The notes: generated by a model from the sequence alone, not told the origin. A stretch of DNA of 38,534 bases from Anaerolineae bacterium (GCA_034435815.1 DAOTWK010000239.1:1-38534); one strand, 5' to 3'; positions 7,320 through 16,428 are shown, counted from the first letter of the stretch. Translations and numbers: made by a program.

Positions 7320-9779
7320 CTATGATGGCGTGACAGAAAGGGATGAGGGAAGCAGTACTCGCAGTTCGCTGGGGACCAGGACAACGCGCTGGCCTTCTAC
7401 CGTCCCGTCGCTAAGGAAGCCGTACATCCGGAGGCGGCCCATCACCGTCTTGGGCTTGTGGTAATACCAGTACTGATTCTCTTCTACGTCGCTCCCATGG
7501 CGGGTCGTAAATTCGTCCCAGGGGAGGATGCCCCCGGCACCCAGGACATCCTGCAAGGCTTGCTGCTCTGCGTCGGATAGGCTGGAAATGGCCACCTCCA
7601 GGATGTCCGGGTCGGTCAGCGCTTCCGAAAGACGTTCCACCAGCTGCTCTTTGCGCAATTTTACGTAATACACGGAATGGACCCGAGCCATAGCGATCAG
7701 GGATTCCTTATCCAGTCGCTCCAGGCACTCTTTTAGCGAGGCATCGGGCCGAATAGGGCGAGTACGCTTTCGTTCCATATACTGACGGGAGCGCTCCTTC
7801 AGCACACGCAAATAAGAATCCAGGACGCTCCCTTCCGCCAACCAGGCCAGTTGCAGAAAGCGATCGTCCTCCCTGTTCCATCTCAGCCCGGCATCGGCAT
7901 AGAAGCGAACCAGGGCCAGGTCCTCTTCCTCCAGGCTGACCACTGCCAGCGCGTAGAGGTATTCCGGGAATTCCCATGTCCTGAATTCCTGCCGGTCGCG
8001 CAGAGCGTCCAGTTGCCGACGCGCTTCCGGGATGTCGCCGCGGTCCAGCGCCAGTTGGGCCAGATGGATTCGGGCGCTCACATGCTGGGGGTCCAACTCC
8101 ACTGCCTTCTGCAGGTATTCTTGCGATTTTGCCAGGTCTTTCTGCCAGATACTGGCCGCCAAAGTATAGAGATCCGGGTGATCGGGGACGAGAGAGAGCA
8201 CTTGGGCCATCAGTTCTTGGGCCTGCGGGATGTTATCTGCATTCAGCGCCTGTATGCATTCTCGGAGCATTGTTGACGCTTGAGGGGGATAGAGCGGCCT
8301 CTCGGGCTCTACCACGGTCCAGCGGGGAACCTTCAGCCAGCGCCACTCTTGCCAGACCTCATCCCAGATCTCCACCGGCTGCTCCGGGTCTATCACACCA
8401 ACATCGGCCATTATTTGCAGGACGGCCATCCGCTCTGAGAGGGATTTTTTCTGACCGAAGGCGAAATGGCAGAGCTCCTCTATTGCTTCTGAAGTGCCAA
8501 TCATAGCGAGAAGCTCCGTTGGCAAACCCCGCTCCTCGGTTTCCCGGAACATTTGAATCACCTGCTGGAGGAGAAGGGGGTACCGGGCTACCAAGGCCCG
8601 TAATCGTTTCTGAAAAGTTTTTCGTTCTATCTGGTGGTCCAACAATGCGATGAGTAGTTCACGGAATTCATTGCCTGCTGGTTGAGGAACAAGGGAAACA
8701 AACTGAAAAGTGGGATACCGGTCGGCTATGCCGGGACCTGGGGCCTTCCGGCTGATCGCCGCGAAGAAGGGCTCCAGGTACACCCTCGATGCTCCCCGAT
8801 CGATCGCCTGATACCAAAGCCGCTGGGCCGTCCGAAAATGGCCCAGGTTGGCCGCCGCCGAACCCAGCACGATCAGGACCATCGCATCCTCAATCTCACC
8901 TCCATCCACCAAATCGCGGTGGCGCCGGTACAGGCGGTATATCCCCTCGTCGTCGCTCAGGTAACCCAACGCGCTGATGGCCGTTTCCAGTTCTACCGCA
9001 GAACTGTAGGAGCGCTTCCGCAACGGGCGGGCCACCTCCTCTGCCGCTTCTCGGTTGCCCAGGACAACAAAGGCCTGGACCAGAGTTTCTCGCACGGAAA
9101 CTAAATCCGGATACTCTGCCAGCAGGCGTTCCCCGATCTCCACCGCCTCGCGGAACCGACCAGCCATCATCAGAGTTTTTGCCTCCATTACCCGGGGAAT
9201 AGGCCAACGGGGAGCCATAGAGGCGGCTCGACGGAGGTGACGGAGGGCTGCAGAGAGGTCTCCCGCCTGAGACATCCGGTGGCCCAACTCCAACTGATAC
9301 TCCACCTCGTCCGCTTCCTCTCGGGAAACCCCCAATTGAAGCCCCAAATCGGAAAGATCCTTTTCCAGCGCATTCAGTATGTCTTCTATCTTTGCTTCCT
9401 GAATCGGTCCTTCGGAAAGAAATGCCTGGTACTCCATCAATTCCCGCAGGGCACGTCGGGCATGCGCAGGCATGTCCAGGTCCATATAGAGTAATCCCAG
9501 AAAAAAGTAAATCAGGGGGTTATCAAGGTCACGCCGTTGCGCTTCTTCCAGGTTGGAAAGGGCCTCTTCCTTATGCCCTGCATAGGCCAGAAAGAGGCCG
9601 CGAAGCATCAGGAGTTCCGGCCGGCGCTGGAGATGAGGAGGCGCTTCGTCCAGAAGCTGGATGGCTTCTTGCAGTTTCCCCTCTTCCTCCAAGGCATGGG
9701 CCCGGGAGAGAATCTCTTCCAGCCCAGGCCCCCGGGACAGCGGCGGCTGGGGATGTCGGCGTCTCGGTTTTTTGGCCAT
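7320..9779 (-). CDS. Large TPR-repeat protein with an uncharacterised C-terminal domain
   Basis: 819-aa ORF. Many TPR-like helical pairs (A..L..AL.L.P) occur throughout. GC is visibly lower than in the neighbouring genes. I did not recognise a catalytic motif. Confidence 0.6.
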   Translation of the reverse strand: MAKKPRRRHPQPPLSRGPGLEEILSRAHALEEEGKLQEAIQLLDEAPPHLQRRPELLMLRGLFLAYAGHKEEALSNLEEAQRRDLDNPLIYFFLGLLYMDLDMPAHARRALRELMEYQAFLSEGPIQEAKIEDILNALEKDLSDLGLQLGVSREEADEVEYQLELGHRMSQAGDLSAALRHLRRAASMAPRWPIPRVMEAKTLMMAGRFREAVEIGERLLAEYPDLVSVRETLVQAFVVLGNREAAEEVARPLRKRSYSSAVELETAISALGYLSDDEGIYRLYRRHRDLVDGGEIEDAMVLIVLGSAAANLGHFRTAQRLWYQAIDRGASRVYLEPFFAAISRKAPGPGIADRYPTFQFVSLVPQPAGNEFRELLIALLDHQIERKTFQKRLRALVARYPLLLQQVIQMFRETEERGLPTELLAMIGTSEAIEELCHFAFGQKKSLSERMAVLQIMADVGVIDPEQPVEIWDEVWQEWRWLKVPRWTVVEPERPLYPPQASTMLRECIQALNADNIPQAQELMAQVLSLVPDHPDLYTLAASIWQKDLAKSQEYLQKAVELDPQHVSARIHLAQLALDRGDIPEARRQLDALRDRQEFRTWEFPEYLYALAVVSLEEEDLALVRFYADAGLRWNREDDRFLQLAWLAEGSVLDSYLRVLKERSRQYMERKRTRPIRPDASLKECLERLDKESLIAMARVHSVYYVKLRKEQLVERLSEALTDPDILEVAISSLSDAEQQALQDVLGAGGILPWDEFTTRHGSDVEENQYWYYHKPKTVMGRLRMYGFLSDGTVEGQRVVLVPSELRVLLPSSLSVTPS

Positions 9780-9792
9780 AGTAACCTCACAT

Positions 9793-9808
9793 CTACAGAA
9801 TACAAGAG
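9793..9808. repeat. CTACAGAA-family octamer repeat immediately 5' of the TPR gene start
   Basis: ctacagaa tacaagag, 14 nt from the ATG at 9779. Same word as at 7282-7297. Confidence 0.7.
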
Positions 9809-9856
9809 GACGGAGATGGTCCCCTGTCCCGTTTTAGGCAGCCGCAAGGATTGCCG

Positions 9857-12133
9857 CTATACCTTTCCCGCCGCTGGAGGGGCAGGGCTTGCCCCTGCAA
9901 GATGCCTTGTGCCCCTCCACACCCGCTCGGGGGTCAGCGGAAATTCGTGAAACCAAACGCCCGTCGCGTCGTGAACAGCGGCTATCAGCGCGGAAGCCGC
10001 TGGAATCAGCGGCAGTTCTCCCAACCCGCGCGCCCCCCACGGCCCTCGCGGGTCGGGGGTTTCTACAATGATGGACTCCACCTGGTCCGGAACGTCCAGC
10101 GCCGTGGGGATCAGATAGGTACTGAGACGGTCGGTGAGCACCCGACCCTCCTGGACAATGAAGTTCTCCACTGTGGCCCATCCCAGGCCCATAACCGCGC
10201 CCCCCTCTATCTGCCCCACTGCCGTCTGGGGGTTGATCGCTTTCCCGACATCGTCTGCGCAAATGACCCGCGGTATCCGAACTTGCCCGGTCTCGGTATC
10301 CACCTCCACCTCCACCGCCTCGGCCACATACCCGTAGGCGAAGTTCGGTACACCATACCCCGTCTGGGGATCAAAGGGGGTGGTCTTGGGGGCCAGGTAG
10401 GTATATTCAGCCACCGCGGGCCGTTCTTCCGCCCGCCACTTCTGGAGCGCGGCCGCCGCCGCGCCCCGAATGGCATTGCCGGCCATAAAGGTCGTTCGGG
10501 AGGCGGAGGCAGAGCCGGAACTCTTAGGACTGGTCGCCGTATCCGAAGGGATCAGGCGCACGCGCTTTATGGGAACTCCTAAAGCCTCGGCGGCCATCTG
10601 GACGATGACGGTGTGGGCACCCTGACCGACTTCAGCGCTCCCGATGTAAACAATGGCCTCCTCAATCTCTGCCCCACCGTGCAGTTCTATCTTTGCCCAG
10701 CAGTTCTCCTGATAGCCGAAGGAAAAGCCGACGTTTTTGAAACCAACGGCAAACCCGATACCCCGCCGAATGGGCCCTGGACCTGCGGGGGCTTTGGCCG
10801 GCCGCCGCCATCCCTGTTCCGTCCTGACCCAGCCGGCTGCTTCGGCGCAGCGCTCCGTCACTCGGATCAGGCTCACACCGCCTGGCAGTGGGGTGCCCAT
10901 TGCGGTGAGGCTCTCCTCCCGGAGCAGATTCCGGACGCGCAATTCCACCGGGTCCATTCCCAGCGCTTCGGCCAGTTTATTCATCTGCGTTTCGGCCAGG
11001 AATATCCCCTGGGGCGCGCCGAAACCCCGAAAGGCGGCACTGGGCGGATTGTTGGTGTAGTACCCATCCACATCCACTTTCACATTCGGGATTTCGTAGG
11101 GGCCGGTGCAGGTGACGGTGAGGTTCCCCAGTACCTTGTTCGTGGTGTAACAGTAGGCACCACCGTCGGCGACGACGCGCACTTCGGCAGCCACCAGTTT
11201 CCCCTCGCGCGTCGCGCCCCACTTGCAGCGGGCCCAGATCGGATGCCGCTTGCCGTGCCCGATGATGGACTCCTCCCGCGTCCAGACAATCTTCACCGGA
11301 CGGCGCAATTTCCAGGCCGCCAGGGCCAGGACAATCTGGACGGACATATCTTCCCGTCCGCCGAAGGCGCCGCCGATGGCCGGGTAGATGACGCGAATTT
11401 GCTCCTCGGGGATGTTGAGCGCATGGGCAATCTGATGCTGGTCTTCCCACGTCCATTGTCCGGCGACGATCACCGTGATCCGGCCCTCTTCGTCTATGTA
11501 GGCCAGGCCGGCTTCGGGCTGAAGGTAAGCGTGCTCCTGGGATGGGAGATGGTACTCGCTCTCTACGATGACATCGCACTGAGCCCAGGCGGCGTCCACG
11601 TCCCCTTTGCGAATTTGATGGTGGCTGATCCAGTTCCCTTCTGTCTGCAGTTCCGGATGGATGGGATTGGGCGCGCGGGGCGGATGAATGGGGTAGGCAT
11701 CGGGTCGCATCGCCTCTCGGGGGTCGGTGATGACCGGCAGGTCCTGGTAGTCCACCCGGATGAGGTCCCGGGCGCGGGCGGCGGCCTCCTCCGTCTCGGC
11801 TACCACCAGTGCAACCTGGTCGCCCACAAAACGTACCACGTCGGCGCCGGGTTTATCGGATCCGGGCCCGCAGAGGACGGGCTGGTCGGGGGTCTGGAGG
11901 CCGTACTCGTTGACAGGGACGTCCTTTGCTGTAAAAATGGCAACGACACCGGGGACTTTCTCAGCCTCAGAGGTATCTATGCTCAGGATGCGGGCATGGG
12001 GCCGTCCAGCGAAAAGAATCTTGGCATGGAGCATTCCCGGCATGGAGAAATCGCCGGGGTACATCGCCTCGCCGGTGACTTTGGCGCGGGCGTCTACGCG
12101 CGGGATGGATTTGCCGACCACTTGTTCGGGCAT
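9857..12133 (-). CDS. Xanthine dehydrogenase / aldehyde oxidase family molybdopterin-binding (large) subunit
   Basis: 758 aa. The N-terminal GKSIPRVDARAKVTGEAMYPGD...HAKILFAGRPHARILSIDTSEA is typical of this family. RBS GGAGG is present. No 2Fe-2S or FAD subunit genes are adjacent. Confidence 0.88.
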   Translation of the reverse strand: MPEQVVGKSIPRVDARAKVTGEAMYPGDFSMPGMLHAKILFAGRPHARILSIDTSEAEKVPGVVAIFTAKDVPVNEYGLQTPDQPVLCGPGSDKPGADVVRFVGDQVALVVAETEEAAARARDLIRVDYQDLPVITDPREAMRPDAYPIHPPRAPNPIHPELQTEGNWISHHQIRKGDVDAAWAQCDVIVESEYHLPSQEHAYLQPEAGLAYIDEEGRITVIVAGQWTWEDQHQIAHALNIPEEQIRVIYPAIGGAFGGREDMSVQIVLALAAWKLRRPVKIVWTREESIIGHGKRHPIWARCKWGATREGKLVAAEVRVVADGGAYCYTTNKVLGNLTVTCTGPYEIPNVKVDVDGYYTNNPPSAAFRGFGAPQGIFLAETQMNKLAEALGMDPVELRVRNLLREESLTAMGTPLPGGVSLIRVTERCAEAAGWVRTEQGWRRPAKAPAGPGPIRRGIGFAVGFKNVGFSFGYQENCWAKIELHGGAEIEEAIVYIGSAEVGQGAHTVIVQMAAEALGVPIKRVRLIPSDTATSPKSSGSASASRTTFMAGNAIRGAAAAALQKWRAEERPAVAEYTYLAPKTTPFDPQTGYGVPNFAYGYVAEAVEVEVDTETGQVRIPRVICADDVGKAINPQTAVGQIEGGAVMGLGWATVENFIVQEGRVLTDRLSTYLIPTALDVPDQVESIIVETPDPRGPWGARGLGELPLIPAASALIAAVHDATGVWFHEFPLTPERVWRGTRHLAGASPAPPAAGKV

Positions 12134-12144
12134 AACTGCTACCT

Positions 12145-12172
12145 CCGGATTGCGTATTCCGTGTTCCGTTAG
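12145..12172. repeat. Heptamer repeat (CCGTATT family) filling the spacer between the MTase-1 stop and the XDH start
   Basis: ccggatt gcgtatt ccgtgtt ccgttag. Contains CGTATTCCGTG at 12153-12163. Confidence 0.8.
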
Positions 12173-14340
12173 AACAGGGGCAGTTGGTGAACCGGGAGGG
12201 GGACGGTTGCAGCCAGCGTTTTCCCCATTTCCTGAGCCGCCAGGGACATTTCTTCCAGTAATTCTTTCAGAAGGCCCTCCCCACCGCCCCCTGTTCTCTC
12301 TGCGACGGCCCGGGTGTAATACTCCACCGTCTTGCCCATCACGACGGTAAAGACATCCACCGGATTGACCGGAAGCCCGGAGTTCAGGGTCCGCTCAATC
12401 CAGTAGCGGGCATCGTTCAGAATCCACTCCTTCAGGGCGGATATGCCACCTTCTACCATTTGCTCGGTGTGTCCTGCTTCCTGCATCTTCCGGCAGACCA
12501 GGATGCAGTCGTAGCGGATGTTGCCCGCGCTGGAGTGGAACCCGCTCCGTCCCTCCGAACGCACCACCGGCGCCGCAGAGACGTAGAATCCCGCCCGCAG
12601 AAGGAGACGGGCCACCCCTTCCCAGGCCCAGGTCTGGTTGTGGTGGAACGTGAAGGCCAGCAGGCCGTCGTCCTTCAGCACCCGATGGCATTCGGCGAAG
12701 ACCTGCCCCAGCCGCTCTACGAAGAAGTCCGCCGACTTCCCCCGCCGCTCGTTCTGCACAATCTCCTCCGGCCGCTCAGAGTAGGGCGGCTCAAACCAGG
12801 GGTAATCTGCTTGCAGCCCCAGGCGGAGCCAGACGTAGAAGAAGTCGGCCAGTTCGGAGTACTGGACGTTATCAAAATACGGCGGGTCGGTGATCACGGC
12901 GTCCACGGACCGGTCCGGGACCAACGAGAGGTCTTCGGAGGACTGGCAGCACAGGAGAGCGCCGCGAGGCGTCCGTTCCAGCGCGGAAAAGTCCTCTACC
13001 AGGACCCCTTCCGCGCGCTCCCCCCGAACGGAACGGCGGGCGCCGTCTATCCGTTCGTAGGGGCGCTGGCCGTAGGCTTTCCCCCGCCGGACCTTCTCAA
13101 AGCACCTGAAGAAGGTCCCGCGCCCGAACGCCGTCCCCCAAACGTTGTTTTCGGTCGGGCGCTCAATGGGATGGTAGGCGTGAAGGCCAAAGAAAACCGA
13201 CACCTTGTGCCAGGCCGTCTCATATTTGCAGAACATGTTGTTGGCGTCCAGCGCGTCCGAGAAGGCCAGGAGCATCAGTTCGCGGATGTTCCGGTCGGGA
13301 ATCTCCAGAATCGCCTCCAGGAGGGTGGAGAGGCAGAGCAACTGGCGCTCGTTGAACATGTGCCAGAAATGAGTGTAGCCGTGATTGACCGGGCGGGGGT
13401 CGCTGCGGCCCTCGGTGGGGATGGCCTGCCGGGGGAAGAGGAGGTCGTCCCGACGGCGCTCAAACTCGGCCCGGGCCTCCTCCCAGCGCCGCAGGTCCGC
13501 CTCATCCACCCGCTTGAAGAAGCGGCCGCAGGTCCGGCAGTAGCCCTCCAGGGCGTGGAGTTCGGCCCGCAGGGGCCTGCCCCGGCGCGCGGCCGCGTCC
13601 CCCAGCCGCTGCCGCTTTCCGCAGGCGGTGCATCGGAAAACGCCGCGCCCGGAGTTCCCCCGCCGGGGGTCAAAGACGGTCCCGCAATCCGGGCAGGCCG
13701 TGTGGGGGTCATACCCTGCCGTCTCCACCACCTGAAGGCACTCAGGGCACACCACGACGTGGCGGTGGTCCCGAAGGGAGAGCTCCATATTCGGCCACAG
13801 GCGGACGGCGGCGCCGCATTCCTCGCATTCCGCCACCTTGACCCAGAAGTAGTACATTACGTCGGCCTCGTGCCCGGCGGAGCAGGTAGTCCGATAAAAC
13901 TCCCGGATTTTCTCCCCGGCGGTCGCTTCAAGGAAGCGGAAGGCGCGATCCAGTTCCGCCAGGTCCACCGGCTCTATCTCTTTTTTGGTCACGAACCAGG
14001 CGACGGGATTGATGTCCACGCCGATGACGCGACAGCCCAGCCGAAGGGCCTCCACCACCGTGGTGCCGCCGCCCATAAAAGGGTCCAGGACGATCTTGCC
14101 CTCCAAGTTGGGACGGCATTCCGTTTCGCCTCGGGCCGGGCTCCCCACGAACCAGGACCAGAGAGTGTCTTCCGAGACTTCCGCCGAGGCGAAAGCCGCC
14201 AGCGTAATCATACGGAAGACGCTCCCCAGGCGCCGGGCCCACCATTTGTGCATCTGGTAGATGGGCTTTTTGGAGTTTCCCTCCGCCAGGGCGACAGGGT
14301 TCAGGCGTTCAACGGGGAAATCGCGCTCTATGTACCGCAT
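12169..14340 (-). CDS. Zn-ribbon-containing DNA methyltransferase (COG1743 / DUF1156-like; N6-A or N4-C type)
   Basis: 723 aa. N-terminal PIYQMHKWWARRLGSVFR is present. SAM motif I is VLDPFMGGGTT...GVDINP. Several CxxC pairs occur (CEEC, CPEC, CPDC, CTAC). Catalytic motif IV is VITDPPYFDNVQY, near the C-terminal third. Confidence 0.7.
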   Translation of the reverse strand: MRYIERDFPVERLNPVALAEGNSKKPIYQMHKWWARRLGSVFRMITLAAFASAEVSEDTLWSWFVGSPARGETECRPNLEGKIVLDPFMGGGTTVVEALRLGCRVIGVDINPVAWFVTKKEIEPVDLAELDRAFRFLEATAGEKIREFYRTTCSAGHEADVMYYFWVKVAECEECGAAVRLWPNMELSLRDHRHVVVCPECLQVVETAGYDPHTACPDCGTVFDPRRGNSGRGVFRCTACGKRQRLGDAAARRGRPLRAELHALEGYCRTCGRFFKRVDEADLRRWEEARAEFERRRDDLLFPRQAIPTEGRSDPRPVNHGYTHFWHMFNERQLLCLSTLLEAILEIPDRNIRELMLLAFSDALDANNMFCKYETAWHKVSVFFGLHAYHPIERPTENNVWGTAFGRGTFFRCFEKVRRGKAYGQRPYERIDGARRSVRGERAEGVLVEDFSALERTPRGALLCCQSSEDLSLVPDRSVDAVITDPPYFDNVQYSELADFFYVWLRLGLQADYPWFEPPYSERPEEIVQNERRGKSADFFVERLGQVFAECHRVLKDDGLLAFTFHHNQTWAWEGVARLLLRAGFYVSAAPVVRSEGRSGFHSSAGNIRYDCILVCRKMQEAGHTEQMVEGGISALKEWILNDARYWIERTLNSGLPVNPVDVFTVVMGKTVEYYTRAVAERTGGGGEGLLKELLEEMSLAAQEMGKTLAATVPLPVHQLPLF

Positions 14341-14368
14341 CCGTATTCCGTACTACGTATTCCGTGCC
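14341..14368. repeat. Heptamer repeat (CCGTATT family) spanning the last codons of the endonuclease gene and the spacer before the MTase-1 start
   Basis: ccgtatt ccgtact acgtatt ccgtgcc. Contains CGTATTCCGTG at 14356-14366. Confidence 0.8.
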
Positions 14369-15076
14369 AGAAGGTTACGCCACATTGTCTCTTCGTCGCT
14401 GCCGTAGAGGGCCTGAAACTCCCGTTCCAGTTCGTCCAGTTTGGCTTCCAGAATCTCCGACAGGGTCTGGCCTTCGGGGTCGCGAAAAGTCTCTCCGACT
14501 TCGGCGGCGATGGCGTAAATCTCATCCACGCAGTCCGGGTCTCCGGAGATGAACTCCCAGAACTCCCGCCCAACCAGCCAGTCCACGCCGCCCTCTTCCG
14601 CGACGTACTTGCGGACGATGCTGGAGACCTGGTCCCGATTCCCGTAACACATCCCAAAAAAGGCCACCGAGCCCCGATTCCGCCGCTGGGCAGAGCGCAG
14701 TAAATCGGCGATCCGCTTCGCCTGTTCTTTGGGAATGGGATTGGGGCCGCTCTTGACCTGGATGTAGTAGTGCCGCCCCTCGTGGGTTTTCAGGATGTCT
14801 GCCCCCTCCACCCCCGTCCCCTCAGAAAACACTTTGGCCGCCTTCTGGAGAGCCAGGCCGAAAGAGGTTACGGTTCCTCGCTCCAGCCGCTGGCTCACCA
14901 GCCACCGAACGATGGAACGGGCGTCCTTCAGCCCTAACTCTTTGGAGAGCAGGCGAACCAGGGAACGGGTTGACATCCAGGTCTTCTGTTCGCAGGCGGC
15001 GGATAGTCCGGACCCGCTCCCGCAGGAAGTCCTCAAAAATCTGCCGAATCTGAAGGCGCTTGTCTTCCGGTAGCAT
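14353..15076 (-). pseudogene. Putative type II restriction endonuclease (PD-(D/E)xK-like core), split by a 1-nt insertion
   Basis: The N-terminal ORF (ATG at 15076, RBS GGAG) reads MLPEDKRLQIRQIFEDFLRE...EDLDVNPF and then runs out of frame. Removing one C from the sense CCC (plus-strand GGG 14961-14963) joins it to LVRLLSKELGLKDARSIVRW...GADILKTHEGRHYYIQVKSGPN... An internal ATG at 14976 could still yield an N-truncated product. Confidence 0.6.
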
Positions 15077-15101
15077 CCCGAACTTCTCCAGTTATCGGGT
15101 A

Positions 15102-16199
15102 TCACGGGATCACTTCCCACCGCCCTACCAGTTTCTCCATAACCTGGGGGAGGGTGGTGTACTCCATCTCCTCCATCGGCAGCCGGTGGGGCTCAAAGGG
15201 GCCGTGGCGGCGGAAGTGGTCGGCGATGACGTTGCATAGATGGCGCGCCTCGTCAAAGCCCGGGTCGTCAAACATATCCCGGGGCCCCACCAGCCGTCCC
15301 CCAGCAATCTGGAACCCCAGACAAACGACGCGCGGCGGGCCGTCAAAGCGGCTGGGCGTGGCATGGTAGAGGGGGACCGGCATCAGCGGGCCGTAGTGGG
15401 AGCCCCGCATCCAGCCCTCCACGATGTGGGGCATAGTGAACGGCTCCAGCACCTCGCCGACGGCCGGGAAATCCCCCTGGCTACGGACGATACAGACGGG
15501 GTCGTCCTTGCCCACGTACCGCCCGGCGATGAGGGAGAGGCGTTGGGTAGAGGAGACGGCCGCAATCTCGCCCTTTTTGGTATAAACTGCCTTGACCATA
15601 TAGCGGCCCGGCGCGCCGATGAAGACCAGCAGGTCGTAAAGTTCCTCCGGCGTATCAAAGAAGACTCGCTTGCTCTCCTTCACATCGTGGACCTCAAAGC
15701 GGAAGCCATCATGCATTGCCGGGGAGATGACCAGACCGGCAGTATTGAAGGGGTCGGCGAACATGCGATAGAGGGGGAGGTTCCAGGCCCCAGCGGAGGT
15801 CTTATCAGCCATAAAGATGAGCACGGGCTCAGAAGGCCGCTCGGTGAACTCCATCTCCGCCACGCCGGGGCCCATCCCCTTGACGTTGCCAGAGAAAGCA
15901 TCCGCCAGCAGGTCTTGCCCGGCGCCGTAGAGTTTCAGCCGTCTGGCGACTTCGGTGCAAGCCTCAAGGGTCTCCCAGGCTAGGCGATGAATGTCGGGGT
16001 TATCCACCCCCTTGCGGTGGGTCATAATGAGTTGCAAGTCATCCCCACAGGCCGTCACATAGAAATCCACGATGAGGTCCTCTTTGACTGCCACCTCCAG
16101 CCGGTCTTCCGCTTCTTCTATGAGTTCATCGTGGACGCTGGAGTGGCCCACGAATCCACCGACATCAGCCTTGATGACGCTGAGCGTGATGTGGTCCAT
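15102..16199 (-). CDS. fbp: Fructose-1,6-bisphosphate aldolase/phosphatase (class V FBPase)
   Basis: 365 aa. LSVIKADVGGFVGH, LYGAGQDLLADAFSGNVKGMGPGVAEMEF and MADKTSAGAWNLPLY are family hallmarks. Confidence 0.92.
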   Translation of the reverse strand: MDHITLSVIKADVGGFVGHSSVHDELIEEAEDRLEVAVKEDLIVDFYVTACGDDLQLIMTHRKGVDNPDIHRLAWETLEACTEVARRLKLYGAGQDLLADAFSGNVKGMGPGVAEMEFTERPSEPVLIFMADKTSAGAWNLPLYRMFADPFNTAGLVISPAMHDGFRFEVHDVKESKRVFFDTPEELYDLLVFIGAPGRYMVKAVYTKKGEIAAVSSTQRLSLIAGRYVGKDDPVCIVRSQGDFPAVGEVLEPFTMPHIVEGWMRGSHYGPLMPVPLYHATPSRFDGPPRVVCLGFQIAGGRLVGPRDMFDDPGFDEARHLCNVIADHFRRHGPFEPHRLPMEEMEYTTLPQVMEKLVGRWEVIP

Positions 16200-16310
16200 T
16201 TTCCCCCCCTTTCTAAAATATCAGACCTCAACTTTGTCAAGTCTACGCATATAAAGAAACGGGATAGCCCACCGTTCCCCCTGAAGGGGAGTTAAAAGGG
16301 GGAACATGGG

Positions 16311-16340
16311 TTTTTTGCGGCGGCTTCGCCGCCGCAAAAA
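16311..16340. other. Palindromic hairpin T6-GCGGCGGC-ttc-GCCGCCGC-A5; not a canonical terminator in either direction
   Basis: Read directly. The T-tract is 5' and the A-tract 3' on both strands. Confidence 0.8.
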
Positions 16341-16428
16341 CCCCACCTCTCCCCCTTTTCGCGACACAGAGCCCATAAGAGTTCCTTTTTCAACACGAAA
16401 CTCAATGAGTGAATGTCGTCCGGGCGCT

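Noticed and set aside
16215-16240. fbp promoter (TTGACA on the minus strand at 16235-16240 with a TATTTT-like -10).
   Set aside because: The spacer would be only ~14 nt for the best -10 candidate. At 17-nt spacing the -10 is poor (TTTAGA). This is too weak to list as a feature.
16311-16340. Bidirectional rho-independent terminator (also 26556-26589).
   Set aside because: On both strands the T-tract precedes the stem and the A-tract follows it. No U-run follows the hairpin in the RNA.
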